Origin: Eledone cirrhosa
Lineage: Eukaryota
DNA length: 64,000 bases
Direction of reading: 5' to 3'
Assembly: GCA_964016885.1 (NCBI GenBank)
Contig: OZ024740.1
Location: forward strand, 256,370,001-256,434,000
A program made the translations under genes and the position numbers. Under the pieces are notes generated by a model. That model ran no database searches, was not told where the DNA came from, and saw only the letters and a list, made by a program, of their open reading frames with translations. Positions 48,177 to 61,839 of the stretch are shown in pieces. Position 1 is the stretch's first letter, and every line of letters starts with the position of its first letter.

Positions 48177-48274
48177 TCAGTAAAAAAGCAAAACGTAAAA
48201 AAAGCGAAACGTAACGCAAATTCCGAGTCATGCTGGCAAGCGCTCCATGGCTAAAAAAGACCAGAGCAATAAAC
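48010..48274. repeat. ~105-bp inverted repeats flanking (TA)n
   Basis: GCTTGCCAGCATGACTCGGAATTTGCGTTACGTTTCGC and its reverse complement at ~48204-48241. Confidence 0.88.
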
Positions 48275-48370
48275 AAGGCCATACAAACTGAGAAGGCGTT
48301 CAAGAAACCATTAACCACCTAAGCCAAAAAACAAGTCAAGCTAAACAGGTCGGACAAAATAAATGTCATA

Positions 48371-48443
<73 letters not shown>

Positions 48444-48536
48444 ATAATAATAAATTAGAAGACTAAAATCCAAAGGGTGTTAAGGGTGAAAGCAGCGATT
48501 CTTTGCTTAAACTTTAATCTGTTATTTTAATAAATA

Positions 48537-48645
<109 letters not shown>

Positions 48646-48689
48646 AAGTATGTTTTGAAACAGTGAGCAGGTTTGAAATTAGAAAATAG

Positions 48690-48880
48690 AATACCTTTCA
48701 CCGTATTTTTGACTAAAGGAATTTTAGCCTGATAATGGGGTTTAGAACCCTCAGATAAATGGAAAAAGATGAGTATTGACGTACATGTACGTCAATACTC
48801 ATCTTTTTCCATTTATATGAGGGTTCTAAACCCCATTATCAAGCTAAAATTCCTTTAGTCAAAAATACGGTGAAAGCTAT

Positions 48881-48881
<1 letters not shown>
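48690..48881. repeat. 192-bp spacerless palindrome
   Basis: Centre GACGTACATGTACGTC at 48785/48786; few mismatches. Confidence 0.93.
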
Positions 48882-48966
<85 letters not shown>

Positions 48967-49377
48967 TTACATATATATATAACAAACCCGGCCCTTTGGA
49001 ATTAATGGTAAAATCCCGTACAGGGTTTCTGTGACACCTAAATCAATAATACTGTCTGCTTAAAACAATAAGCTTTTGGTATAATGATCGAACGAGGGAT
49101 ATCACGTTATCAACAGGTATTTTGTTCTGCGCCAGTGTTGTGGATGACACAGTGTTTTGTAAAAGAACATGCGTAACTCACAGGGGAAAACCCCCAGATT
49201 TTGGCAAATGAATTCAGTATGTGTAAATCCATGTAAAAAATTGCATAAGTAGCACAAATCGAATAAACACTCCACCGGCTAGTTTTTAAAATAAACTTAT
49301 GCAATTAATCTGTCAATAGAATTATTAACAGGTTAATTGTAAGACTCGGGAGATTAATACAAATATATATATATATA

Positions 49378-49858
49378 TTATTGAGCAAAGTGACAAGAGG
49401 CTGGACTGGTGAAATTCCTTAAACACTATGCACATTTCAAATACCGGGTTCTGTAGGGACCCGATGACGTCATCAGGGGTTACGAAATGTATCTAATAAA
49501 GTAATATAATAATGGTAGTCACAATCCAAGGGGCTGAAAAGTAGAGAGAAATGTTTAAGACCCGAAGGCGGCCAGAGCCAGTAGTTGCCAGTCTGGATGG
49601 CCGCCTTCAAATGAGGAATCAACTTAATTTCACCTTGGCGGTCTGGTCAGGGGGTGCCACTACTACCGCGCTGTCACCCACAGCCAAACGGACATATTCT
49701 AGTACTTTTGACCAACGCCAACGAAAAATGTTTCTTGTATGTAACCTGATGCCTAGCATGTGTCCGTTTGCCTGTGGTCATTGAAATGTGCATAGTGTTT
49801 GTAATAAATCTTTAAGGAATTTCACCAGTCCCGCCTCCTGTCATTTTACTCAATAATA
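49378..49858 (-). mobile_element. ~480-bp element with inverted arms and an internal hammerhead
   Basis: 49378-49440 versus 49781-49858 (one insertion). Confidence 0.75.
49422..49481 (-). ncRNA. Minimal hammerhead ribozyme, somewhat decayed
   Basis: Minus strand: AACCC-CTGATGA-CGTC-ATCGGGTCC-CTACA-GAACCCGGT-ATTT-GAAA-TGTGCA-TA^GTGTT. Confidence 0.6.
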
Positions 49859-50255
49859 ACTAACTCCATTCTCGCACCACCAACAAGATTCAACATAAAC
49901 GAAGATGGATGAGTTGCATAACGTCGAGTGCTTTTCCTATTAATACATCACGGTTAACTATACGAAATGACAAGTTCTATCTAGTGGTGAACCAATAAAT
50001 CTAAATGTATATATATATATGTATGTGTCTGTGTGCGTGTGTGTGCGCGCGCGCGCGCGTGTGTGTGTGAATTTTGTATATCTAAATTCTAATTCTAATA
50101 CTATTTTAAGTTGGGCCAACTTATACAGCTTCATATGCAAATGAGATTAATCACCTAATTTACACAGACGAAACAATTATATATTTTCGCCTGTTTCAAA
50201 GTCCGGTAGTAGCCAGCGGAAAACATCGTTACAAAGGAGAACCATTTATATAACC

Positions 50256-50316
50256 ATGAATATAACACTGGCCGTCAGCGCCGCGGAGCGGCGCTGACGG
50301 CCAGTGTTATATTCAT
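50256..50316. repeat. Perfect 29-bp-arm hairpin
   Basis: ATGAATATAACACTGGCCGTCAGCGCCGC-GGA-GCGGCGCTGACGGCCAGTGTTATATTCAT. Confidence 0.95.
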
Positions 50317-50422
50317 AACTATGGCTTTCAGAATGTTTATTCATAAACACATCGTATTTCTTTAGATATACATTCACATACATATTTGTATACAGCTATT
50401 TAGGGAGCTAAATTCTAATAAT

Positions 50423-50584
<162 letters not shown>

Positions 50585-51284
50585 GTGTGTATTCCAACAC
50601 CAGTAGAAAGGTAATATCAATTAGAAAAAATTATTTTCAACTGCAAATATTTTTTTTTCATCAAAGAAAAAATATTTCCTAAAAAAGGTTATTTTAGATA
50701 ATTTACAAATATATTAATATCTTATATGATAACACAATCTGTTCGTTTCTCTTTCTTTCTCTTTTTCTCTCTTTCTTTTTTCTCTCGCTCTCTTTCTTTT
50801 TCTTTCTCTCTCTCACTCTCTCTCTCTCTTTCTCTCTCTCTCAAACACGCTACACCCCCAAACACACCCATACCCACGTATATGAACATATATACATATA
50901 CATACATATTTATATACATATGAACAAAGCTGTTGACTTAAGAAAAGCATTGGGGAAACTTGAAAAGGGAAATGTGTGCCTACCAAAGCAAATGACAATA
51001 ATATTAGTCGACGGCTATAAATAATACTTGAGAAAATCAAGTAAAGCCCCACTGAAGACGGGAAATACGTAGTCATAGGCGCCTGAAAGGAATTGCACCT
51101 CGAATATCTCGGATTCCGAGTGGGTGCAGTGACTACGTTAAAGAACCACTTGTCACAAATTCTGACCTTTTTGAAATTATTAAGCTTGTAACTAGAAGTG
51201 TAAACAAAGCGGTTGACTTAAGAAGTTGCAGGTGACTTCCATGTCTGAAAAGTGTGGGTCCTGATAGAAATGACCATAATGATT

Positions 51285-51465
51285 TCTGATTTAGGCCAAC
51301 AATTTTGGAAGAGGGACAAGTCAATAAAATTGGTCCCTGTGCATTACTGGTACCCTATTTTATTGACCCCGTAAGGATGAAAGTCAAAGCTAACCTCAGC
51401 GCGATTTTAACTCAGAACGTAAAGGGACATAACTATATAACGCAAAGCATGTTGTCCGTCGGAAT
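51285..51465 (-). mobile_element. tRNA-SINE
   Basis: Reverse-complement core CTGGTAC..GACCCCGTAAGGATGAAAG..AACCTC..AACTCAGA. Confidence 0.75.
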
Positions 51466-51704
51466 TGGTGTCTAGTAGCTTTTTAACGCATTCGTCCGCC
51501 ATTCGATAGATAATGGGGTCCATTCTTCGCAGGCGTCCATATCAACAAAACCCATAACAACAACAACCACCATAATAACAATAGTAATAGTAACAAGCAT
51601 TAAAACAATAACAGCAACAACAACAATAACAACAGTAATAACAACAACAACAACAACAATAACAACAAGAGTAATAACAACAACAACAACAACAATAATA
51701 ATTT

Positions 51705-51830
51705 CGACTTAAGTTCCGCAATTTTGTGAGGAAGGATGAGTCTACTATATCGACCCAGTTCCTGACTGGTACTTTATTTTATCGACCTCGAAAGAATGAA
51801 AGATATAGTTGACCTCGGTGGGATTTGGAT
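51705..51830 (-). mobile_element. SINE 3' part
   Basis: CTGGTACTTTATTTTATCGACC..GAATGAAAG..GTTGACCTCGG. Confidence 0.7.
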
Positions 51831-51934
51831 AATTAAATACCGTTTAAACGGCATTTTATTGATATCATATGAAGTTATGTACCAAACAAATTGATGCCCA
51901 ACGCGTAGAATTGAAGCTAATGAATTGTCGGAAT

Positions 51935-52090
51935 GTCGGGCGAATTGCCGAATTGGTAGAGTCGTTAGATCGTCGGATAGAATGCTTTGTGGTTTTCTGC
52001 ACTCTGAATTCGAATCCCGTCAACTTTGACTTTTATTTTTTCAAAGTCGATAAAAAAAATGTACCAGTCTAGTACTGGGGTCAATTCTTG
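51935..52090 (+). mobile_element. Diverged tRNA-SINE
   Basis: TGGTAGAGTCG A box-like, GAATTCGAATCCC B box, GTCGATAAAA..GTACCAG core. Confidence 0.65.
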
Positions 52091-52752
52091 CTCTATACCT
52101 CTTTGCCATTTCCATTCTATCACTCTCTCTATCCTCCTCTGGAAGAAATATGCTGTATTCAGGCTTGGAGATGAGATGGGCTACGCCAGGCTTTAAAATG
52201 CCCCAGGAAATGCCATATATCAACATGGCGTCTCTACTTCTTCGGGAGTTAGGGGTTTATACATTATACATATAAATATCAGGACTGAAATCCAATGTAA
52301 ATAAAACATGGAACCGTCGGCCATAGGAACACAACTTCGGTAATAAAGACAAACTGTAAAGTTGAGACAATTGTAAGGGGTAGTGAATAAATGTAGGTTT
52401 TATTATTAACTAGCAGAATGGCCCGGCGTTGCTCGGGATTTGCTCTAGGTTTCTTATATATTTGATATATATTTATCCTTCTCGAGGCTCGTGAAGTAAA
52501 TACGTTTATTTATATTTTGTCATTGTGTATGCAAAAATATCTGTACACGAATATATAAATAACAGTACAAAGAAGTACGGAATACCTCGGTCTCAGGTTG
52601 GTGTCTACATTTTGTGCTTATAAAAAAAAAAATCGACGTAGATTACCAGGGTTTTTTTCCGTTCGAAGAAAATCAATACTTTATCGCGAAATAAATACTT
52701 TTGTTTATATGTGTATGCAAAAATATCTGTACACGAATATATATATATATAT

Positions 52753-52924
52753 AGTTTCAGAAGATCCTGTTAAGGGTGAAAGCAGCGATTCTTTGCTTAA
52801 ACTTTAATCTGTTATTTTAATAAATATATATATACACATACACATACATATATATATTAAAATAACAGAATAAAGTTTAAGCAAAGAATTGCTGCTTTCA
52901 CCCTTAACAGGATCTTCTGAAACT
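52753..52924. repeat. Convergent ~68-bp inverted repeats around a TA/CA tract, each with a hammerhead-like fold
   Basis: 52753-52821 versus 52857-52924; AGTTT-CAGAAGA-TCCTGTTAAGGGT-GAAA-GCA..TGC-TT-AAACT; third partial copy at 48478-48535. Confidence 0.8.
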
Positions 52925-52974
52925 AAAATTAAAAATCTATGAACGCAGAAGTAAATATTTCGAAAAACGTTACA

Positions 52975-53010
<36 letters not shown>

Positions 53011-53029
53011 GCGCGAGTAGTGTACAGCA

Positions 53030-53425
53030 AAGATAGAGAGACGGCTGAACGCTTTCCACCAGCCGTGCCTGCGAAAGATCCTTCGTGTGTCCTGGCGTGA
53101 CCGATGCGAAACGAGGAGATCCTGCGGAGAGCCGAGTCGTGGACGCTACAGAGAGTGGTCACGGAGCGTCGGTGCCGTCTGGCTGGCCATATTCTGCGTC
53201 TTCCAAATGAATGGCATTCGAAAACAACGATGAACTGGACACCGCTTGGCTGTAAACGGAGGCGGGGTTGCCCAAGGATCACCTGGCGACGAACGTTCCA
53301 GAAGGACCTGATGGCAGCCAACATCACCTGGCACGGTCTCGAAAAAGTTGCGGCTGGTCGTGACCGTTGGCGAGTACCTACTGCTCGATGTGCCGAACGG
53401 CGCGGAAGAATCTAAGACTAAGACA
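53030..53425 (+). mobile_element. RTE-clade LINE 3' fragment
   Basis: RLNAFHQPCLRKIL.V.W.D.MRNEEIL..LAGHILRL..GKR/RRGCPRITW..DR.RW pattern; ends in CTAAGACTAAGAC. Confidence 0.8.
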
Positions 53426-53452
53426 CACTATATATACACACACACACACGCA

Positions 53453-53527
<75 letters not shown>

Positions 53528-53676
53528 ACGCGTCATAATGACGTAATGCAGACATACAGGCATACAGACTATATTATAAAGGCGCAACGTTATATCAATG
53601 TATCTATCTAAAAAGAGTAAGTTCATCATTGTCTTATTTCTATTTTAATTTTTTTCAAATATCAATGTGTCGAATT

Positions 53677-56600
53677 AACAACAACAACAACAATCACAAT
53701 ACCCAAAACAACAACAACAACAGCAATCACAATACCCAAAACAACAACAACAACAGCAATCACAATAACCACAACAACAACAACAGCAATCACAATACCC
53801 ACAACAACAACAACAACAACAACAGCAATCACAATACCCACAACAACAACAACAACAACAATCACAATACCCACAACAACAACAACAACAGCAATCACAA
53901 TACCCACAACAACAACAACAACAGCAATCACAATACCCACAACAACAACAACAACAGCAATCACAATACCCACAACAACAACAACAACAGCAATCACAAT
54001 ACCCACAACAACAACAACAACAGCAATCACAATACCCACAACAACAACAACAACAGCAATCACAATACCCACAACAACAACAACAACAGCAATCACAATA
54101 CCCACAACAACAACAACAACAGCAATCACAATACCCACAACAACAACAACAACAGCAATCACAATACCCACAACAACAACAACAACAGCAATCACAATAC
54201 CCACAACAACAACAACAACAGCAATCACAATACCCACAACAACAACAACAACAGCAATCACAATACCCACAACAACAACAACAGCAGCAATCACAATACC
54301 CACAACAACAACAACAGCAATCACAATACCCACAACAACAACAACAGCAGCAATCACAATACCCACAACAACAACAACAACAGCAATCACAATACCCACA
54401 ACAACAACAACAGCAGCAATCACAATACCCACAACAACAACAACAGCAATCACAATACCCACAACAACAACAACAGCAGCAATCACAATACCCACAACAA
54501 CAACAACAACAGCAATCACAATACCCACAACAACAACAACAGCAGCAATCACAATACCCACAACAACAACAACAGCAATCACAATACCCACAACAACAAC
54601 AACAGCAGCAATCACAATACCCACAACAACAACAACAACAGCAATCACAATACCCACAACAACAACAACAACAGCAATCACAATACCCACAACAACAACA
54701 ACAACAGCAATCACAATACCCACAACAACAACAACAGCAGCAATCACAATACCCACAACAACAACAACAACAGCAATCACAATACCCACAACAACAACAA
54801 CAGCAGCAATCACAATACCCACAACAACAACAACAGCAATCACAATACCCACAACAACAACAACAACAGCAATCACAATACCCACAACAACAACAACAAC
54901 AGCAATCACAATACCCACAACAACAACAACAGCAGCAATCACAATACCCACAACAACAACAACAACAGCAATCACAATACCCACAACAACAACAACAGCA
55001 GCAATCACAATACCCACAACAACAACAACAACAACAATCACAATACCCACAACAACAACAACAACAGCAATCACAATACCCACAACAACAACAACAGCAG
55101 CAATCACAATACCCACAACAACAACAACAACAACAATCACAATACCCACAACAACAACAACAACAGCAATCACAATACCCACAACAACAACAACAACAAC
55201 AATCACAATACCCACAACAACAACAACAACAGCAATCACAATACCCACAACAACAACAACAGCAGCAATCACAATACCCACAACAACAACAACAACAACA
55301 ATCACAATACCCACAACAACAACAACAACAGCAATCACAATACCCACAACAACAACAACAACAGCAATCACAATACCCACAACAACAACAACAGCAGCAA
55401 TCACAATACCCACAACAACAACAACAACAGCAATCACAATACCCACAACAACAACAACAACAGCAATCACAATACCCACAACAACAACAACAACAGCAAT
55501 CACAATACCCACAACAACAACAACAGCAGCAATCACAATACCCACAACAACAACAACAACAGCAATCACAATACCCACAACAACAACAACAGCAGCAATC
55601 ACAATACCCACAACAACAACAACAACAACAATCACAATACCCACAACAACAACAACAACAGCAATCACAATACCCACAACAACAACAACAGCAGCAATCA
55701 CAATACCCACAACAACAACAACAGCAATCACAATACCCACAACAACAACAACAGCAGCAATCACAATACCCACAACAACAACAACAACAGCAATCACAAT
55801 ACCCACAACAACAACAACAGCAGCAATCACAATACCCACAACAACAACAACAGCAATCACAATACCCACAACAACAACAACAGCAGCAATCACAATACCC
55901 ACAACAACAACAACAACAGCAATCACAATACCCACAACAACAACAACAACAACAGCAATCACAATACCCACAACAACAACAACAACAGCAATCACAATAC
56001 CCACAACAACAACAACAGCAATCACAATACCCACAACAACAACAACAACAGCAATCACAATACCCACAACAACAACAACAGCAGCAATCACAATACCCAC
56101 AACAACAACAACAGCAATCACAATACCCACAACAACAACAACAGCAATCACAATACCCACAACAACAACAACAACAGCAATCACAATACCCACAACAACA
56201 ACAACAGCAATCACAATACCCACAACAACAACAACAACAGCAATCACAATACCCACAACAACAACAACAGCAGCAATCACAATACCCACAACAACAACAA
56301 CAGCAATCACAATACCCACAACAACAACAACAACAGCAATCACAATACCCACAACAACAACAACAACAGCAATCACAATACCCACAACAACAACAACAAC
56401 GGCAATCACAATACCCACAACAACAACAACAACAGCAATCACAATACCCACAACAACAACAACAGCAATCACAATACCCACAACAACAACAACAACAGCA
56501 ATCACAATACCCACAACAACAACAACAACGGCAATCACAATACCCACAACAACAACAACAACAGCAATCACAATACCCACAACAACAACAACAACAGCAA

Positions 56601-59600
56601 TCACAATACCCACAACAACAACAACAACGGCAATCACAATACCCACAACAACAACAACAACAGCAATCACAATACCCACAACAACAACAACAGCAATCAC
56701 AATACCCACAACAACAACAACAACAGCAATCACAATACCCACAACAACAACAACAGCAATCACAATACCCACAACAACAACAACAACAGCAATCACAATA
56801 CCCACAACAACAACAACAACAGCAATCACAATACCCACAACAACAACAACAACAGCAATCACAATACCCACAACAACAACAACAACAGCAATCACAATAC
56901 CCACAACAACAACAACAGCAATCACAATACCCACAACAACAACAACAGCAATCACAATACCCACAACAACAACAACAACAGCAATCACAATACCCACAAC
57001 AACAACAACAGCAATCACAATACCCACAACAACAACAACAACAGCAATCACAATACCCACAACAACAACAACAACAGCAATCACAATACCCACAACAACA
57101 ACAACAGCAATCACAATACCCACAACAACAACAACAACAGCAATCACAATACCCACAACAACAACAACAGCAATCACAATACCCACAACAACAACAACAG
57201 CAATCACAATACCCACAACAACAACAACAACAGCAATCACAATACCCACAACAACAACAACAGCAATCACAATACCCACAACAACAACAACAGCAATCAC
57301 AATACCCACAACAACAACAACAACAGCAATCACAATACCCACAACAACAACAACAACAGCAATCACAATACCCACAACAACAACAACAACAGCAATCACA
57401 ATACCCACAACAACAACAACAACAGCAATCACAATACCCACAACAACAACAACAGCAATCACAATACCCACAACAACAACAACAACAGCAATCACAATAC
57501 CCACAACAACAACAACAACAGCAATCACAATACCCACAACAACAACAACAACAGCAATCACAATACCCACAACAACAACAACAGCAATCACAATACCCAC
57601 AACAACAACAACAACAGCAATCACAATACCCACAACAACAACAACAACAGCAATCACAATACCCACAACAACAACAACAGCAATCACAATACCCACAACA
57701 ACAACAACAACAGCAATCACAATACCCACAACAACAACAACAACAGCAATCACAATACCCACAACAACAACAACAGCAATCACAATACCCACAACAACAA
57801 CAACAACAGCAATCACAATACCCACAACAACAACAACAGCAATCACAATACCCACAACAACAACAACAGCAATCACAATACCCACAACAACAACAACAAC
57901 AGCAATCACAATACCCACAACAACAACAACAGCAATCACAATACCCACAACAACAACAACAGCAATCACAATACCCACAACAACAACAACAACAGCAATC
58001 ACAATACCCACAACAACAACAACAGCAATCACAATACCCACAACAACAACAACAGCAATCACAATACCCACAACAACAACAACAGCAATCACAATACCCA
58101 CAACAACAACAACAACGGCAATCACAATACCCACAACAACAACAACAACAGCAATCACAATACCCAAACAACAACAACAGCAATCACAATACCCACAACA
58201 ACAACAACAACGGCAATCACAATACCCACAACAACAACAACAACAGCAATCACAATACCCACAACAACAACAACAGCAATCACAATACCACAACAACAAC
58301 AACAACAGCAATCACAATACCCACAACAACAACAACAGCAATCACAATACCCACAACAACAACAACAGCAATCACAATACCCACAACAACAACAACAACA
58401 GCAATCACAATACCCACAACAACAACAACAACAGCAATCACAATACCCACAACAACAACAACAGCAATCACAATACCCACAACAACAACAACAACAGCAA
58501 TCACAATACCCACAACAACAACAACAGCAATCACAATACCCACAACAACAACAACAGCAATCACAATACCCACAACAACAACAACAACAGCAATCACAAT
58601 ACCCACAACAACAACAACAGCAATCACAATACCCACAACAACAACAACAGCAATCACAATACCCACAACAACAACAACAACAGCAATCACAATACCCACA
58701 ACAACAACAACAACAGCAATCACAATACCCACAACAACAACAACAACAGCAATCACAATACCCACAACAACAACAACAACAGCAATCACAATACCCACAA
58801 CAACAACAACAACAGCAATCACAATACCCACAACAACAACAACAACAGCAATCACAATACCCACAACAACAACAACAGCAATCACAATACCCACAACAAC
58901 AACAACAACAGCAATCACAATACCCACAACATCAACAACAACAGCAATCACAATACCCACAACAACAACAACAGCAATCACAATACCCACAACAACAACA
59001 ACAACAGCAATCACAATACCCACAACAACAACAACAACAGCAATCACAATACCCACAACAACAACAAACAGCAATCACAATACCCACAACAACAACAACA
59101 GCAATCACAATACCCACAACAACAACAACAACAGCAATCACAATACCCACAACAACAACAACAGCAATCACAATACCCACAACAACAACAACAGCAATCA
59201 CAATACCCACAACAACAACAACAACAGCAATCACAATACCCACAACAACAACAACAACAGCAATCACAATACCCACAACAACAACAACAGCAATCACAAT
59301 ACCCACAACAACAACAGCAATCACAATCCCACAACAACAACAACAGCAACAACAACAACAACAGCAATCACAATACCACACAACAACAACAACAGCAATC
59401 ACAATACCCACAACAACAACAACAGCAATCACAATACCACACAACAACAACAACAGCAATCACAATACCACAACAACAACAACAACAGCAATCACAATAC
59501 CCACAACAACAACAACAGCAATCACAATACCCACAACAACAACAACAGCAATCACAATACCCACAACAACAACAACAACAGCAATCACAATACCCACAAC

Positions 59601-61725
59601 AACAACAACAACAGCAATCACAATACCCACAACAACAACAACAACAGCAATCACAATACCCACAACAACAACAACAACAGCAATCACAATACCCACAACA
59701 ACAACAACAACAGCAATCACAATACCCACAACAACAACAACAACAGCAATCACAATACCCACAACAACAACAACAACAGCAATCACAATACCCACAACAA
59801 CAACAACAACAGCAATCACAATACCCACAACAACAACAACAACAGCAATCACAATACCCACAACAACAACAACAACAGCAATCACAATACCCACAACAAC
59901 AACAACAACAGCAATCACAATACCCACAACAACAACAACAACAGCAATCACAATACCCACAACAACAACAACAACAGCAATCACAATACCCACAACAACA
60001 ACAACAACAGCAATCACAATACCCACAACAACAACAACAACAGCAATCACAATACCCACAACAACAACAACAACAGCAATCACAATACCCACAACAACAA
60101 CAACAACAGCAATCACAATACCCACAACAACAACAACAACAGCAATCACAATACCCACAACAACAACAACAACAGCAATCACAATACCCACAACAACAAC
60201 AACAACAGCAATCACAATACCCACAACAACAACAACAACAGCAATCACAATACCCACAACAACAACAACAACAGCAATCACAATACCCACAACAACAACA
60301 ACAACAGCAATCACAATACCCACAACAACAACAACAACAGCAATCACAATACCCACAACAACAACAACAACAGCAATCACAATACCCACAACAACAACAA
60401 CAACAGCAATCACAATACCCACAACAACAACAACAGCAATCACAATACCCACAACAACAACAACAGCAATCACAATACCCACAACAACAACAACAACAGC
60501 AATCACAATACCCACAACAACAACAACAGCAATCACAATACCCACAACAACAACAACAGCAATCACAATACCACAACAACAACAACAACAGCAATCACAA
60601 TACCCACAACAACAACAACAGCAATCACAATACCCACAACAACAACAACAGCAATCACAATACCACAACAACAACAACAACAGCAATCACAATACCCACA
60701 ACAACAACAACAGCAATCACAATACCCACAACAACAACAACAACAGCAATCACAATACCCACAACAACAACAACAACAGCAATCACAATACCCACAACAA
60801 CAACAACAACAGCAATCACAATACCCACAACAACAACAACAACAGCAATCACAATACCCACAACAACAACAACAACAGCAATCACAATACCCACAACAAC
60901 AACAACAACAGCAATCACAATACCCACAACAACAACAACAACATCAATCACAATACCCACAACAACAACAACAACAGCAATCACAATACCCACAACAACA
61001 ACAACAACAGCAATCACAATACCCACAACAACAACAACAACAGCAATCACAATACCCACAACAACAACAACAACAGCAATCACAATACCCACAACAACAA
61101 CAACAGCAATCACAATACCCACAACAACAACAACAGCAATCACAATACCCACAACAACAACAACAACAGCAATCACAATACCCACAACAACAACAACAAC
61201 AGCAATCACAATACCCACAACAACAACAACAACAGCAATCACAATACCCACAACAACAACAACAACAGCAATCACAATACCCACAACAACAACAACAACA
61301 GCAATCACAATACCCACAACAACAACAACAACAGCAATCACAATACCCACAACAACAACAACAACAGCAATCACAATACCCACAACAACAACAACAGCAA
61401 TCACAATACCCACAACAACAACAACAGCAATCACAATACCCACAACAACAACAACAACAGCAATCACAATACCCACAACAACAACAACAACAGCAATCAC
61501 AATACCCACAACAACAACAACAACAGCAATCACAATACCCACAACAACAACAACAACAGCAATCACAATACCCACAACAACAACAACAACAGCAATCACA
61601 ATACCCACAACAACAACAACAACAGCAATCACAATACCCACAACAACAACAACAACAGCAATCACAATACCCACAACAACAACAACAGCAATCACAATAC
61701 CCACAACAACAACAACCAATACCCA
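53677..61725. repeat. 8-kb minisatellite, unit AATCACAATACCCAC(AAC)4-5AGC (30/33 bp)
   Basis: Direct reading; roughly 250 units. Confidence 0.97.
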
Positions 61726-61839
61726 ATAACCACCATAACACCAATCTAATTTTGGGGTTGATCTCTATGGAACGAAATTTAGTTTTTTTGATGACAACGA
61801 CTGTAATGATGATGAGGGAGTGGTAATAGTTGAGGTGTC

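Noticed and set aside
51045-51080. CTGAAGA-CGG-GAAA as a hammerhead
   Set aside because: No room for stem II and no convincing stem I.
52408-52445. ACTAG..CCCGGCGTTGCTCGGG Helitron/Helentron-like terminus
   Set aside because: Resembles such ends from memory, but no matching other end could be identified.
53677-61725. CRISPR-like or telomeric array
   Set aside because: No unique spacers or cas genes, eukaryotic context, and no TTAGGG-type unit.
53629-61749. 2706-aa ORF and antisense poly-Val/poly-Cys ORFs
   Set aside because: The repeat unit lacks stops in most frames, the reading drifts between Asn, Thr and Gln frames, and there is no unique domain. Best explained as a satellite artefact.
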